This document shows, one piece after another, positions 1-13,300 of a stretch of DNA of 64,000 bases. Origin of the DNA: Acanthaster planci. Lineage: Eukaryota. Position numbers and translations under genes: made by a program. The notes beneath the pieces are model-generated. The model was not told where the DNA came from. It searched no databases and saw only the letters and a list, made by a program, of their open reading frames with translations. The stretch's first letter is position 1. Every line of letters starts with the position of its first letter. The DNA is taken from positions 558,961 to 622,960 of the forward strand of contig NW_019091358.1 of assembly GCF_001949145.1 (NCBI RefSeq), in the 5' to 3' direction.

Positions 1-755
1 TGGATGCCCTGAAGTCTCACGAATCCTGTGGGCATTTCTGCCACAGCCACTGTGCAATCTACATGTAGATCAACCCAAACAGTAACTCAGCCATCGGTAG
101 GTTTTGCACTTGAGTGAGTTGTGGCACGCCAGGTACATGTACATGTATATTCATCGTGACATGTTTTACACAATGAGCCAGCTCGGTATTTCAAAAAGCC
201 AAGGTCTTTCGGGAACAAAGTGCGTGCGTGAGTCAGCGTATGGGTGCGCGGATAAGACAGGCTGTCGCGCATGCACGTAGCTGTTCCCGAATAGCTTCGT
301 AATGGGCATGTGCTGTTGGCATACTGGACTGGCTCATTGCATGTCAGTCAATGTCCTGCCAATGAGCAATTTTAAGAGTTCAGATTGCACAGTTGGTGTG
401 CTGAGTTTAGCAGTGGTATCATTCACTGAGTTCCTGATGTTTTCTTACATGTGGCCACTCGTTCAGACACATGTACATGTAAGTGCAGGTTTGGACTTGG
501 TGTTCGGGTCCCTGTGGAGATGTATATGTACCTGGTACATGTACCTTTGAGCACTAGTTGTACATGTAGATTTGAACCTTGGTATGCACCATAGAGGTCA
601 GACTGGTCTATTGTGGGTGCCAACAAACAGCTCACAAACAAGCCAAGAATATCTGAGCAATAATCACTCAATCTAGGCTCTCCTCATCTGCCCTACTCTA
701 ACCCTTTTTGCCGTCTGTGCCAAATCTGGAAAGCAAATGGTGAGGGCGTTTTTAA

Positions 756-1092
756 AGAGCACCTTAAGGAAAACATGTTTTCTGTGATTTTATCTGTTCA
801 AATAAATATGGAAGCATGTGTATGCCAAACAATGCATGTAGCCATTGTTTGGCTTGCTAGGGTTTACCCACTACGAACACGGCGAGGGTTCCCCTCGTTT
901 TCTCTGTTTTCTCAGAATGACGCAATCTACATTCAGAATTCGCATCTTGGCATGAGCAGAAAAAACCCTTTTTAGCTTGTTGTACATGTAGTTGTACTAA
1001 GAAGACAAGTGACACTGGGTTGGATTTGGATGCTTCCATATTTATTTGAACGGATAAAAGCAGAGAAAACATGTTTTCCTTAGAGGGGCTCT
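756..1092. mobile_element. Non-autonomous DNA transposon (MITE) with TTAA TSD and AG...CT termini, Kolobok-like
   Basis: About 60-bp imperfect terminal inverted repeats (756-817 and 1030-1092), flanked by TTAA at 752-755 and 1093-1096. Confidence 0.75.
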
Positions 1093-3289
1093 TTAAATGG
1101 GGAGAAAGAGCACAACAAAACCTACATGTAAGTCTTCCAACCAGCTTTCTCTTTGTTGACTGAAATATGAGAGGCCTTATGTGTCAAAGTAGAAAATTCT
1201 GACAGTGATTCCTGCCAGGTAAGTTATCAGTCTTAGAGGGCATTTCTATTTTGCATGTAATGCACTGGGAATCTGTGGTACGTTAGGCGATCTGTGTGTA
1301 TGTTATCCTTTTAGCTTAACTCTCTTTTGACTGATGTCAAGAGGGCTTCTTGAATGAGCCGACTCACACTGCAGCAGTTTCCCTGCTATATTCTGGGGAA
1401 AGCATTCATACAGTAATACAGCATCCCAGATCTCACTGAGCGAGAGCCTGATGCAATATCGGGAGTGGCAATATACTCACATCATCTCTGGTGGGTTATG
1501 GTACTTTGTTTGATTTACGATAAATCTTGTTTGGGAATGGAGGTGCACGAAGTCCCTCTTTCTGCCAAGTCCCTCTTTCTGCCACCGTGGAGAGTGCTCA
1601 TTACCATCAGCAGGTCCTTCGTCGTAAATCATTCAGGGACGTGTTAGCCACAGGATGTGTTCTCTGAGTGCTGACAAGAGTGGGCAGGAACATGTGGCAC
1701 TTTCACGCGTGCCTCTGGGGTCTGGATGTTAAACTTTTGTCGGGGCGTTGTCATTTGGGATTTTCGTATACTCGTAAGTATGAACAGCAGCCACTTCCTC
1801 CCAGCAAAGGGCAGTCTGGCTGTTACCGAGCATGAACTGCAAGGAATTGACGTCAGTGTCGGCAAACCACTCGAAAACAACTTTGCGTCAACTTGACTGT
1901 GCATTTTGTGGGGCATGCCATATTTTTTCTTGGGTCCTGGCCCTCTGTGTATACATATGTTTTGTCGTACAGGTCGTGATGTTGACTATTCTGTCCTCCC
2001 GCTGCACTGCACACTTCAATCATTGTTGTTCGGAATAGGGTGACCTTGATCTGCCTCCACTGGCATTTGAACTTGAATGCTGTCATTGAAAATGCAATTG
2101 AAGGTCTTTGAGGGAATGCCATGCTCACATCACAATTAATGTTTCACGTCTCAGGCACCCGCTATCGTGGAGTGACCACAGTGTTCTCGCGCAGAGTCAC
2201 TGTTGAAATTAGTTATTGACATACATGTACATTGTACAGGGCAGGCACATGTCTGTAGTTTCACGTGCTGTAATAAAACTGTTAACATGTATGTACATGT
2301 AAAACAAATAATAGTGTTTCACAGTTTGGCTAACTGTACTTTCTTCCAGGATCATGAACAAATTGATCAGGCAGATCATGGTGAGCATTCTTGTCAAACA
2401 TCTGCCAATGCCCCATCTTGGATTTGGCTGAACGTAAAAGGAGATGCAGATCCCAATTTTCTAGAACAAAAGTGCTCCTTTTTGAAGGATGTGAATGTTG
2501 GAGTTGGCTTTTAAAGTTCCCTTCGGAATTTTTGCCGTTGAGTTGTTTTTTTCTGTGGTTTTTTTTTTACATGGTCTGACTCTGTATATATCTTGGCACA
2601 AAACTGGAAACGTGGACTGAACAGGAAAAGCACAATTTAGCATGTCAAACTCAAAAACAGCCAAGTCACATGCGAACAGGAAAGCTGCAAAGGAGCTTTC
2701 CAAATCCGATTCGGCCTCCCCCCATCATACCCAGGGTGCTGTTTCCAACCTAAACTTCCACTCTGAGGACTTTCTCAACCCTCCCCTGTGATGACTCAAA
2801 GATGACCTTTCCTGTGGACCCTGGCACAAAGATTCATAACCGCAACATCCAAGGGTCGTCCTTGAGACTATCCACCCCAGCCTCCAAAGATGAAGTAATT
2901 GCACCCCAAGTCTATTTGGCAGGTTGTGTACTGCACTGTCACGCTGTTGTGTAGGTATTAAACCTCAAAGCATAACCCTCTTTACAAACTTTTCGTCCGT
3001 TCCTGAAGCGTACGGTTAGGGGAGTGGTTTATGGCCCATGTTCCCTTTCAGAAAGTTGGAAAAGGTCGATCAGATCAGCCGTGAAGATTTTCTTATGTAT
3101 GTTTTTAGCAAGCTGGGGAAGGGGGAGATGAAAGAATGCCTGTATGTTGTGTACTCTCATGAAAAGAATGACCAAAATCCGTGACTCCTGACCCTACCCA
3201 ATTTTCACAAGAAATACCCAACTTGGCCCATTAGCAGACAGTGGTGTAGCATCAAAGAGCCCTTTCCACCATAAATGCCCCTATCTTAA

Positions 3290-3595
3290 CCCCAACAGTA
3301 CCGGGCGTTGTTTGGCTTAGAGTACTCAGTACTACAAAATACTACGTAACACTCTGAGCCTGAAGGACCTAGCGTTACAAATTACTATTTCTGGCTAGGT
3401 TTATTCCATTGTTATTCGTACAGAGAACAATGAAACTATGCATTCATAGTGCCACAGCATTGTATGGTACATTGTCTTCTCTATTGTATTTTATGGCTTC
3501 AGAGAATAATAATGTCATGTTCTCTTACAAGGGACAGGGCTGAGTACTACATTTTACTACTAAGTGATACTTTGTAGCATTTGGGACTGTTAGGG
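3290..3595. mobile_element. TTAA-flanked piggyBac-like MITE
   Basis: ttaa|CCCCAACAGTACC ... GGGACTGTTAGGG|ttaa, with inverted subterminal gtactcag/ctgagtac. Confidence 0.65.
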
Positions 3596-4196
3596 TTAAT
3601 GTATTGCAAACTTCAGATCACCTTGCTACCGGTATGACACTGGCTGAAATGTCTAACCAGCACCTGAGGAAAAAAAGATGTTTGATTCACTGCTATGATC
3701 AACGCAATGTAACAGAATGGTCCCAGTTCATATTTTTGTTCGGTAACATTCTTGAAACCTTTGGAATCAACCACTGTCATTATATACTGTACATGTGTGT
3801 GATATACGTGATAGCATTTCTGTCAGTGGATGGCTCGACCCGTTGTTGATGTGCACGGTCCTAACCCTAACTTTCAAGGAGTCTCACTTTAAAACCTAAT
3901 GGAAATGATTGTAAATGTACGTGTAGATGGGATATGCCTCCCTGGATCTCATAAAAGCATCAGAAATCTGCCAATGTACACTTAAGGAATTTTGAGGGTT
4001 GGCTCTAATGCAGTGAATTAGAGGGTCATTGCTGTCTTGAGAGGCTTTTAGAGAAAAAAAATGAAAAGGTTCCTAGAGTTTTGTCGGAGTGAAGACCACA
4101 AAGTTTGTGTTCCTTTGCAAATTTCCAACCACTTGGCCACCAACTTTACTTTACCATACCTTCAATCAGTTTCGTTGCTTTATATTTGCCCCACAG

Positions 4197-4343
4197 TCCC
4201 TGCTGTCGACCCACGACAACATCGCCTCCAGGGACCCCACCCAGATGCTTGGGCCCGAAGACCAAGAGGACGACCTTAACTTGGAGATGGTAGAGGAAGA
4301 CTCGGTCAAGATTGTTCGGATTGACAAAACCAACGAACCCCTG
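4197..4343 (+). CDS. MPP5: PALS1 exon: L27C tail and start of PDZ
   Basis: ccacag|TCC...CTG|gtaagg; [10 protein letters not shown]...[13 protein letters not shown]. Confidence 0.92.
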
Positions 4344-7300
4344 GTAAGGCTCGAAAACCCACATACTGTCAAATTTGTGTAGGAGTCGATGGCTGCATTT
4401 GATTGGCTCACGCTGGTCAACCTTGACCTGGGGGTGATTGTGTATGTTGTATCACACAAGCAGTGGGGAGGAGGCCGACAAGGTTGAACCTGTGTAACCA
4501 TGAAAACTAATTGAATGCACCCTGTGGTTCAGGGGTCCTCTGCCTCTTCAACTGTGAGACGGCGCACCTCACTGATTGGAGTGACCACCTCAGGCTTTTA
4601 GGGTTGAATTATACCACTTCACTCTAAAAATAGACAAAGATGGAAGGAAAAAGCAGAGTAACTTAGATATTTTGAAACAGATCAGATTCAAATTATTCAG
4701 AAGGGTAAAGAGGGACTTACAATATTAGATTGATTTATTTTAGAGGAGAAATTTGGAGAAAATGTAATATTAGACTATATAGAATTTATTTTAGGCCTTT
4801 TTGAAAACACTTGCTTTTGTTCTAGGCACTAGAATTTTGGCAAATTTGTTTGACCACCACGCACAGATCAGTACCCCAGGGGAACCCTGCTATGGTTGTT
4901 CCAGCTGAACCGCAGGTTTCGAAATTGTTTGTTGAGCCTATTGTACTTTGACCATCCATTTTGAACGGAGCCAAAACAGTGACTGATATCTGAGTCACAG
5001 GGTCTCACAGTTTGGCCATCATCGCCGTCTCATTAACTGAATTTCTTCATTTTAAAGTTTTCCAAGTTCCTGAGTATGGGTACTTCCACTCAGGAAGGAG
5101 TCCTTGAAAAGCAATTCCGTTTAGAGTGGAAATAGGGATAATTGTACGTTCAATCATATGGGGGGGGTTAATACGCTTGAAAATGAAAACAATTGCTTGT
5201 TTGCTGTACTTGTTAAATTCCCTACAGAGTGAACTGACCTGAATTTTTCTTCACATGTGGTTAATCTTATTTAGAAATAAATCATGTTCAACATCACTTG
5301 TGCGTGTCTATTCTCAAATTACATGTCCGGTATGTGTAAAAATGAAGTACCAGTGCAGGAAAACAGACTTGATTGGATTTTTCAGTGTAGACTGTCCACA
5401 GTTTGTCAGAGTGCAATAAATTACCAAGGTCAGTGAACTCTTGAGTGGAAGAAACACCTGTTGAGTCAGGACCTTGGATCAGAAAATGAAGATCCTTTTC
5501 CAAAATAAGCACCAAAGTAGCAGCTGGCCCAGCGAGGCCAGAGAACCCACCATTTGAATGTTTGTAAATTGTGTTGGTCGGTGGTTCGGCATCTGACAGA
5601 TACATGTACTGCATCTAATGAATTTCTCTTCCCCCGAGGAGACTTACTGTCAACTGTTTGTCTAGCATCAGTGTGTCAGGCATGACTTGCCACATGCCAC
5701 TTTGGCACACCTCAGTTACGTGGTTTGTGCCAAGAGCGATCGATCGTAGAGTCCAAGAAAAATGTCTGATTTTATCAGAAATGAATGGAACTGGTCTTTC
5801 TCAAATGACGTCACTTCTTACTGATTAGACATGTAAACCGGCATTTTAAATGTCAAATTTTCGTGACACACATCCTTTTGACTGTGCCATGTTTAGAAAA
5901 TATTGGATCAATACATAAATAGAACATTTTGGGCACTATGCGAATGTGCACCTGATAGTGTTGAGTACGGGGTTGTAATTTTCCTATGAAGATGTCGTCC
6001 TATGAGAAACATCTATACTGTGCAGTACACTGATTTTCATTTGTCTCTCTCCTGAGCATGCGTTGTGCTGCTCTCCTCTCAGCTGGATGAGTGTTCCATG
6101 CCGCTTAAGTTGATGTGACCTTTTTTGCTTGATTTGTCAGGGAGCGACTATTCTGAATGATGGAGAGGCTGTGGTCATCGGTAGGATCATCAAGGGCGGC
6201 ATGGCCGAGCGGAGCGGGCTGCTGCACGAAGGGGATGAGATACTGGAAATCAACGGCAACGATATTCGAGGAAAATCTGTCAATGAAATCTGTGAATTCA
6301 TGGTAAGGGGAGAGCTTGCTCACTTGTACGAGCTACCGGTGCCCTGGGACCTCCTTTCAAATGAAAGTATTGCTCGATGGACTGTCAGTGATAGTAGTAT
6401 GGAATATTGAACTGACCTGATATGTCGTTGTGATAGGTACACTTTATTATATGAAGAGATCTGCATGTTGAGCCTTGCATATTCTTGCAACAGATGGGAA
6501 AACACCCTTGAACACCAATACCCAAGGCTTACTGGATAAGAATAAGCCAGTTTGGTACTCAAACAGTGCATGCCTACAATGAAGGGCATCTGAGGTCATT
6601 TGGGAACCGTCGTACATGTGCGGAAAGCCTGCTGTATCAGTGTGGCCATCAACAGACTCGCTTGTGTCCTTTTTTCTGAAGTAAAATTGTCTTTTTGAAA
6701 TACCAACCTGGTTCATTTCTAATCAGTAAGTGCTGTGGTTTAGTGGTTGAATTTCTTTCATCAGAAATTACCGTAATTGATATTGATCTTAATAATTATT
6801 AGTACTGTTCCTATTGTACGTTTTATGACTTCTTGTTTTCCCAAAGTGTATGCTTTGCATATCTTACACTTCAAAGCATGTTTTTCAGACTCCTTACCGC
6901 TGTCTCTCCTCCCGCTGACTGTGTTCATTGACAATGCAACAACAAACTCTTTTGTCGTCTTTTTCATCTCTGACAGAGCGCTCTCTCAGGGACACTTACA
7001 TTCCTCATGGTGCCTTGTAAGCAGCATAACATCAAGCAACAGTCCAAAGACACAGCCCTTGTAAGTTCCCATCATTCGGCCTGTCGGTTGCTGACATTTC
7101 AAGTGACTTTTTTCCCTGCAGTTTCCAGATTCAGGTTTAAAAGCAAGTTGAAGTTTGTGAAATAGCTTTCATTGGTCAGTACCTGTCAGTGTTGAAGTCC
7201 AGTCCCTCACAGGTCCAATCACAAGTCCTTCCATGAGACCAGTCACCAAGGAGTGTTTTTGTCACAGTGTATTCGAACGACATGGCTTGAGACTAAATAA

Positions 7301-10300
7301 CTTGTGATGCACTTGAATATAGCACCATTATCTTCCCTGCTTAGCCCTACGAGAGCCTGCGGAATCCAAAGTGGATGGATCTGCAACCCCACCATGAAGT
7401 GAAATCTAGTGAGATTAAGTTAGTTTTTCAAAGGGAAGAAAGCAGTTTCATGTTTTTGATTGCTGTACCAAAAAGATACAGATTCAAGAACGTCACACGT
7501 GGAAGTCAATATGTTGCCTGCCAATATCCATTGAATGTCAGGCGTGGGCGCTTTGCACTTGCACAGTTACTGTGTTTAGTGTTGTGCCATTACAGGGCCA
7601 TGGTTGATGGAATCTGTAGTGCATTTCTGTCAGTTTGATAGTTTACGTTCAAGTAAACTTCTGTTATGGCTCACCCATGTGCATTTCCGCATTGCGCCCC
7701 CTCACAGATTCACATGAGGGCGCACTTTGACTACGACCCGGAGGATGACATGTACATCCCTTGCCGGGAGCTGGGGTTATCCTTCCACAAAGGGGACATC
7801 CTGCATGTCATCGCCCAGGACGATTCCAACTGGTGGCAGGCATACCGGGAGGGAGAGGAGGACCAGACGCTGGCCGGCCTGATCCCCAGCCGCAGCTTCC
7901 AGCAGCAGTGAGTGTCATCTGGCCTCGGCCTTTCAAAGGGGCCCAAAAGCACAGGGTTCCCAGGGTTGTGGAAAAATCCAGGGGGAAAAGTTGCCCTGGA
8001 AAGTCATGGAAAAGATCCTGCAAGGGTTATTTTTGATGTGATAACGGAATAATGATAAATTTACACGCTGTTTCCTTGCTAGTGTGTACTAGAGGCAATG
8101 ACCGTCTTCTAGTTCATAGTACCAGACAGCTTAAATCTGACTTCTTCCAAACTTGCTTTTGCAAACGGAATGAAATTGAAAATGACAGTTGGACTCCTGG
8201 CTTCCTCCTTTGACAAAGAAACAGGACACCAGTATTATGGACTACCTTCGTTACTGCTAATTTTTCTCAAATCTGCTTGGACAGACGAGAGGCCATGAAG
8301 CAGACGATGCCCGAGGACGAGGAACCGAAGAAGAAGCTATTCTGCGGCGGCAAGTCCAAGAAAAAGAAGAAAAAGAAAAAGCTGTACAATGCAAATGGAA
8401 ACGGTGAGCAAACAGTCGTCTTTCAAAAAGGGCAGACTTTTTTTCCGTGCAGTTTTTCCTCTAGAAATGGAAACACTTTGCCAACTGACATTAACTCCTG
8501 GGATCGAGAATGCTGCATGGAGAGAGTTGGTTCTTGGGAGTAGCTTTTTGATGCGCGATTTTGGAATTGAGGCAGCCATTTTGAAAAAGCAGCTGTCTTG
8601 CATTCACTTTGAAATTGACCCCCAAGGAAGTACACCTACACGGTTCCCATCAACTCTCAGCGTAGACCAACAGAACCATAACCTAAGCTCACATTGACTA
8701 AATATTAGTGGCAAGGAATATTATTTTTTGGGGGGGGTTTCAAGTGGTAATCAAATATTTTTTTGTACTACTTGTGGTCCCTACTTGGCCTCTATCTACC
8801 TCTATACTGGTACTCTTAGCAGTGAATGTGAGGACAAAATAACTTTCAAGATCCTGCCTGAGGATATCTAGATTTTTTCAAAGGGTGTTATTCTTGGATA
8901 ACAGCTATTGGGGCTGAGTTGTAACAGAGTTCAAATACATGTCTGTTGTTCTTTGGAACATGCAACGTGTGCCTACCATCCCCAGCCTACTGGTACCCAT
9001 TAGGCATTGGTTTCAAGACAGTTGCCGTCCTTTATTTCACATCCCTGCAGACCAAAGCAGTGATGAGATTTTGACCTACGAGGAAGTTGGCCTGTACCAG
9101 CCAGACCCCAGCAAGAAGAGGCCCGTGGTGCTGATTGGTCCACCCAAGGTGGGCCGGCATGAACTCAGGCAGAGATTACTCGAGACAGACGAACGCTTTG
9201 CAGCTGCTGTACCCCGTAAGTTCTCATGTTTGATTGTCTATTTTTTCCTGTCTCACGCTTTTGGCCTAGAGATGTTCAGAAAAGCAAGGTGACACGTTAC
9301 TTCAGTCCTGGGTTCATCTTTTGTTGGTCCCCACTTTGGACGATCTATGCATGGGACCTGCCTTAAAACCTTCACTTGAATTTGTTTTTGAGCTGTAAGC
9401 TAGGACTAAATGCTTTTGAATGTTAAAGTTTGTCAAATAACAGAGGGTTTGTGGTTGCTGATGTTGGTCTGTTGTGACCTACTTATTTTGAATCACTAAC
9501 TTTGACTGATTTTGTGTGCTTGGGTATTCAAATCCATCGTCTTTTTCAAATCAGCAAACAATCATTTGAAAGATTCAGTCATTTTTGCCTAGCTCCATTT
9601 TCTAAGTCCTGAGAGTGGAGTTTCACTGGCCCTTTGTGCCTATTAAGAGGTTGAAGACTTTCAAGAAAGTTAACATCTTGAAATTGGCCAGCTTTCACTT
9701 TTGCTGAAGTTTGAATTTACTTTCCATTGTCATTCAGCCGCTCTAGTGGTACTGTACTGTTACCAACCATTTACAGAAATTATTTCCTCAAGATGTTACT
9801 CATTTTGAGCTATTGTAACCCGTGGTGTGTGCCCGTTCTCCACAGACACGAGTAGACCAAAGAAGGACCACGAAGTCCATGGCCTGGATTACTACTTCAC
9901 CACCAGGCAACGCTTTGAGCAAGACATCCAAGCCGAGAAGTTTGTGGAGCACGGCGAGTTTGAGAAGAACATTTACGGCACTAGCCTGGAGGCCATACGC
10001 AGTGTGGTGGAGGAGTCCAAGATCTGTGTGCTCAACCTCCATCCTCAGGTGAGTTGTGGCTGGAAGTCCAGGCTTGGGGATGCCATTGCGGTTGACATTA
10101 AAGAGAGCACCAAGTCTTCTGTGAGGGAGTGTTGACCCGCGATAGTTTGGGTTCGCTGATAATGGGACTTTAATAAGTGGCTTGCCTTTCTGTAGTTAAA
10201 GTTCAGTTATATCTGACTATGTTATTATGAGTCACAAGTCCTTAGTCCATCACAAGTTGACCATAAAGTTATCCAAGTCCCATATGAAGTCACAAGCCTA

Positions 10301-13300
10301 CAAGTGAACAATAAAGACTTCCATCCCGACTGTGCATTCCCTTGATTTCCTGGCAGAACAGGTGAAGTAAGTTGTGACCAGACTTGGGATGGGCTCGGCA
10401 CTTTTGAATTCTGGGCAAGTCCACAATGTCGCCCATGCTGTGTCCCACAGTAATGGAAGTTTTACCCTAGAAAGCATTCATGCATTGCAGTGTTTTTCCA
10501 TTCTGCCATGGAGCCATGTAAGTGAGATTACCCACAGGAATTTGTACATGTACATGTCTAGTCTTTGTGATGATTCGGTAATTGACAAAACCATTTTACC
10601 GTTCTTCAGTCTTTAAGCATCGTTCCTGTGGGTGTTGTATAGTACATGTACGTGACACAAGAGAAATAATACCCTCCGACACTCTCCGTTGTGTATTTTG
10701 TGCGCATGCTTATCCACGCAACTTCAGCACAGAGCACACACCAGTAATATAGCAAAGCTGTTGCGTCTTCAGATTTTTGCTCGGTGTTTTCTCGTACCAC
10801 ACGGGTGAAAAGCTTTCAGTCTGTCGACGTTGCAATGGTTTTATTGCACTCTCCGGAAGAAAAACTGTCAACACAGTCGCTTGAAATGTCTGTCTCATTC
10901 GCTTTGGATGATGTGCATGTTAGCGTTTTCTCTCACAGCTAATTGGCCGGCAACTTTTTTTGTCTTCACCAGTATGGATTGTTGGTTTCAAAAAGTTGTT
11001 AACCACTTGCTGCCGGGTGGAATTTGAAGTTGCATGACGTAAACCCGAGAGATTTTCAAGATTGTCCGTTTTCAACAATCTTAAAAAAATCATAGCTTCA
11101 TTTACTGAACGTATACACCCACACCAATGACTGTCTGGTGACTATTCTAATTCGACAGACAACATCTATTGACGCCTGAGTATTTCAGCCAGGCCTGCCG
11201 CCTTGTAAAAAGAGCCCAGATTGTGCAGTGTTGTGTAACTTTCTTTTGCTCCCGAAAGTGGCGTGTTTTCAATAGGAGCCAGATTAACGTACAGCGGTAG
11301 GTATCGCTCATCGCTGGAGCGCTTTTGTCCCCCGGTGGGAATCCACTTGTACTGAATGCCACAAACAGTGGTATATTCTCTCAAAAAAGTATGGATTTCC
11401 TCTGCTATTGACAACTGAAAAAATATTGGCAATTCCCAGCAGCTCGGTCATTTGTTACAAGTACGGTCTTTTGTTATAAGGCCTGGCTCTTTAGTCCGGT
11501 TTCGGGCTCCCCGGTTTCGTGTGTTAAGCCTGTGTGCCTTAAATGGGGTTCCCCGGCAGCAAGTGGTTAATTGAATGAATCATTTTCACCACCTTAAGAA
11601 AGACTGTCTACCACTTATCTGAATTTCAGTTTGGTTTCATGGCTTGAATTCGGCCACATTGTGCTGTAGGCAGCAATTTTATGTTCAAACAGCACATGGA
11701 TTTGATATACATGTACTAATATTTTAGTAATTTTTCAGGCCATTAAAAAGGTAAACAGAAATGCATTTTCCAGCAGTCTTTTACCACACTAAGTTTCGTC
11801 CTTTTTGGACCACTTGCAGTTAAATGAGACGTTTGATGGAGCTACTAATAAATGAAATGTTACCGATGCTTTAGCAGAAAAATATTGGCTTTTGACATAT
11901 TAACACAATTCTGGAGTTACCGTAGTACTTAGTAGACACGGGCCCTATTGTAGAGAAGCTGGATGCTTTCCTATTGTAGACAAGCTTGATGCTTGTAAGT
12001 TCATCCCCGAATTGAAGGCATAAATTCACAGCTACATGTAAGTTGCAGGGAGAAGGAGCTTAAACAAGCATAAAAATGACTAAACTGGAGGAGGGTTAAT
12101 TTGCTCTCTGTTTTACAAGTGCAGTTGGTAAAATAGGCTTGAGTAATCAACACAGGGTCCCTGCTGACAGATTGACCGTGTTGGCCAGTGTTTCAGCTAA
12201 ATATGCATTTTTCCTTACATCTGTTTACTTCATGCAGTGTTGAGTAAAATGGGCTGCTGTTGCCAGCTGCTCTGTATTATCTTCTCAGATGTACTGGCAA
12301 AGAGTAGACAAGCTGGTGGGACAAACTACATTTTGGCACTGGCAGAATATGAGAAGATCATCCTTTTCATCAGAAAGTTGACAAATGTATGGATTGGTGC
12401 ATGCGTGCAGTGTTCTCTCACCAAGAGGGACATCATTCTTACATAGAAACATGACATCTCATTGTCACGTGGGGCCAATATCCAGATTTTGCAAATACAT
12501 TGTATCCGCCACTCGACATCTGACAGCCGCGACCCTGATGTTCATAGGGAGAGAACTAGTCCAAATTGTAGATAACTGTAGACACATGCCGTTTAGCACT
12601 AACCCTGCACTGTCACTTTTGTTTCTTGTTTGTCTTTGACTCTAGGCTTCAGAGTTCAAGCATGGCATGCGAAAAACCAGAACCTTCTGGAGGGTGTGTG
12701 GTTTGAGCTCATTAATATTCATCACTGCTTGCCCTGTTTTGCATAAGAGTAACTGGCACATTGGAAATTTGCAACATGTATATGCATGACCTTCTGTGTG
12801 ATCTTGTGCTGTTGTTTAGATTTTTTGTCAGATATAATTCCTGCTGATTGTTTCAGTGTTTGCAAAATGACTGAAGTAACACTGCTCGCTTGTACATTTA
12901 GTTGCTTCTCAGCTGTCAGAACATGATTTCTATATTTGTGGTTTTTGTGCACATTTAGAGTCATGTCATGATCTGCTGTTTTGTCAAAAGTAGTCACAAA
13001 ATGTCCGTTTTGATGTCCTCATCTAGATTGATTTCCGATCAAACATACATTTTTTGTGGATGTACAGCAATGTTTACTTGCCATTGCCATTCAAAGAATG
13101 TTACCACAGTGATGCTAGATGATGATTTTGGTATTTCCGTCATGGAACCTCCAGAATTTTGTTATTTTTTTAATTTAGCTGTGCTTTTAAGAAATACCAT
13201 GCTTCTCTGCTCTTCAACCAGTCTTCTCTTTTTTGAAAACCCTCTTTTTTAACCCTAACCCTCCTCAATCCTTCACCTGTTGGAGGACTGAGGAGTGTTA

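Noticed and set aside
3860..3872. Telomere-like TAACCC units here and at 13250 and 31355
   Set aside because: Only two units each; those at 13250 and 31355 belong to dispersed repeats, so these are not interstitial telomere arrays.
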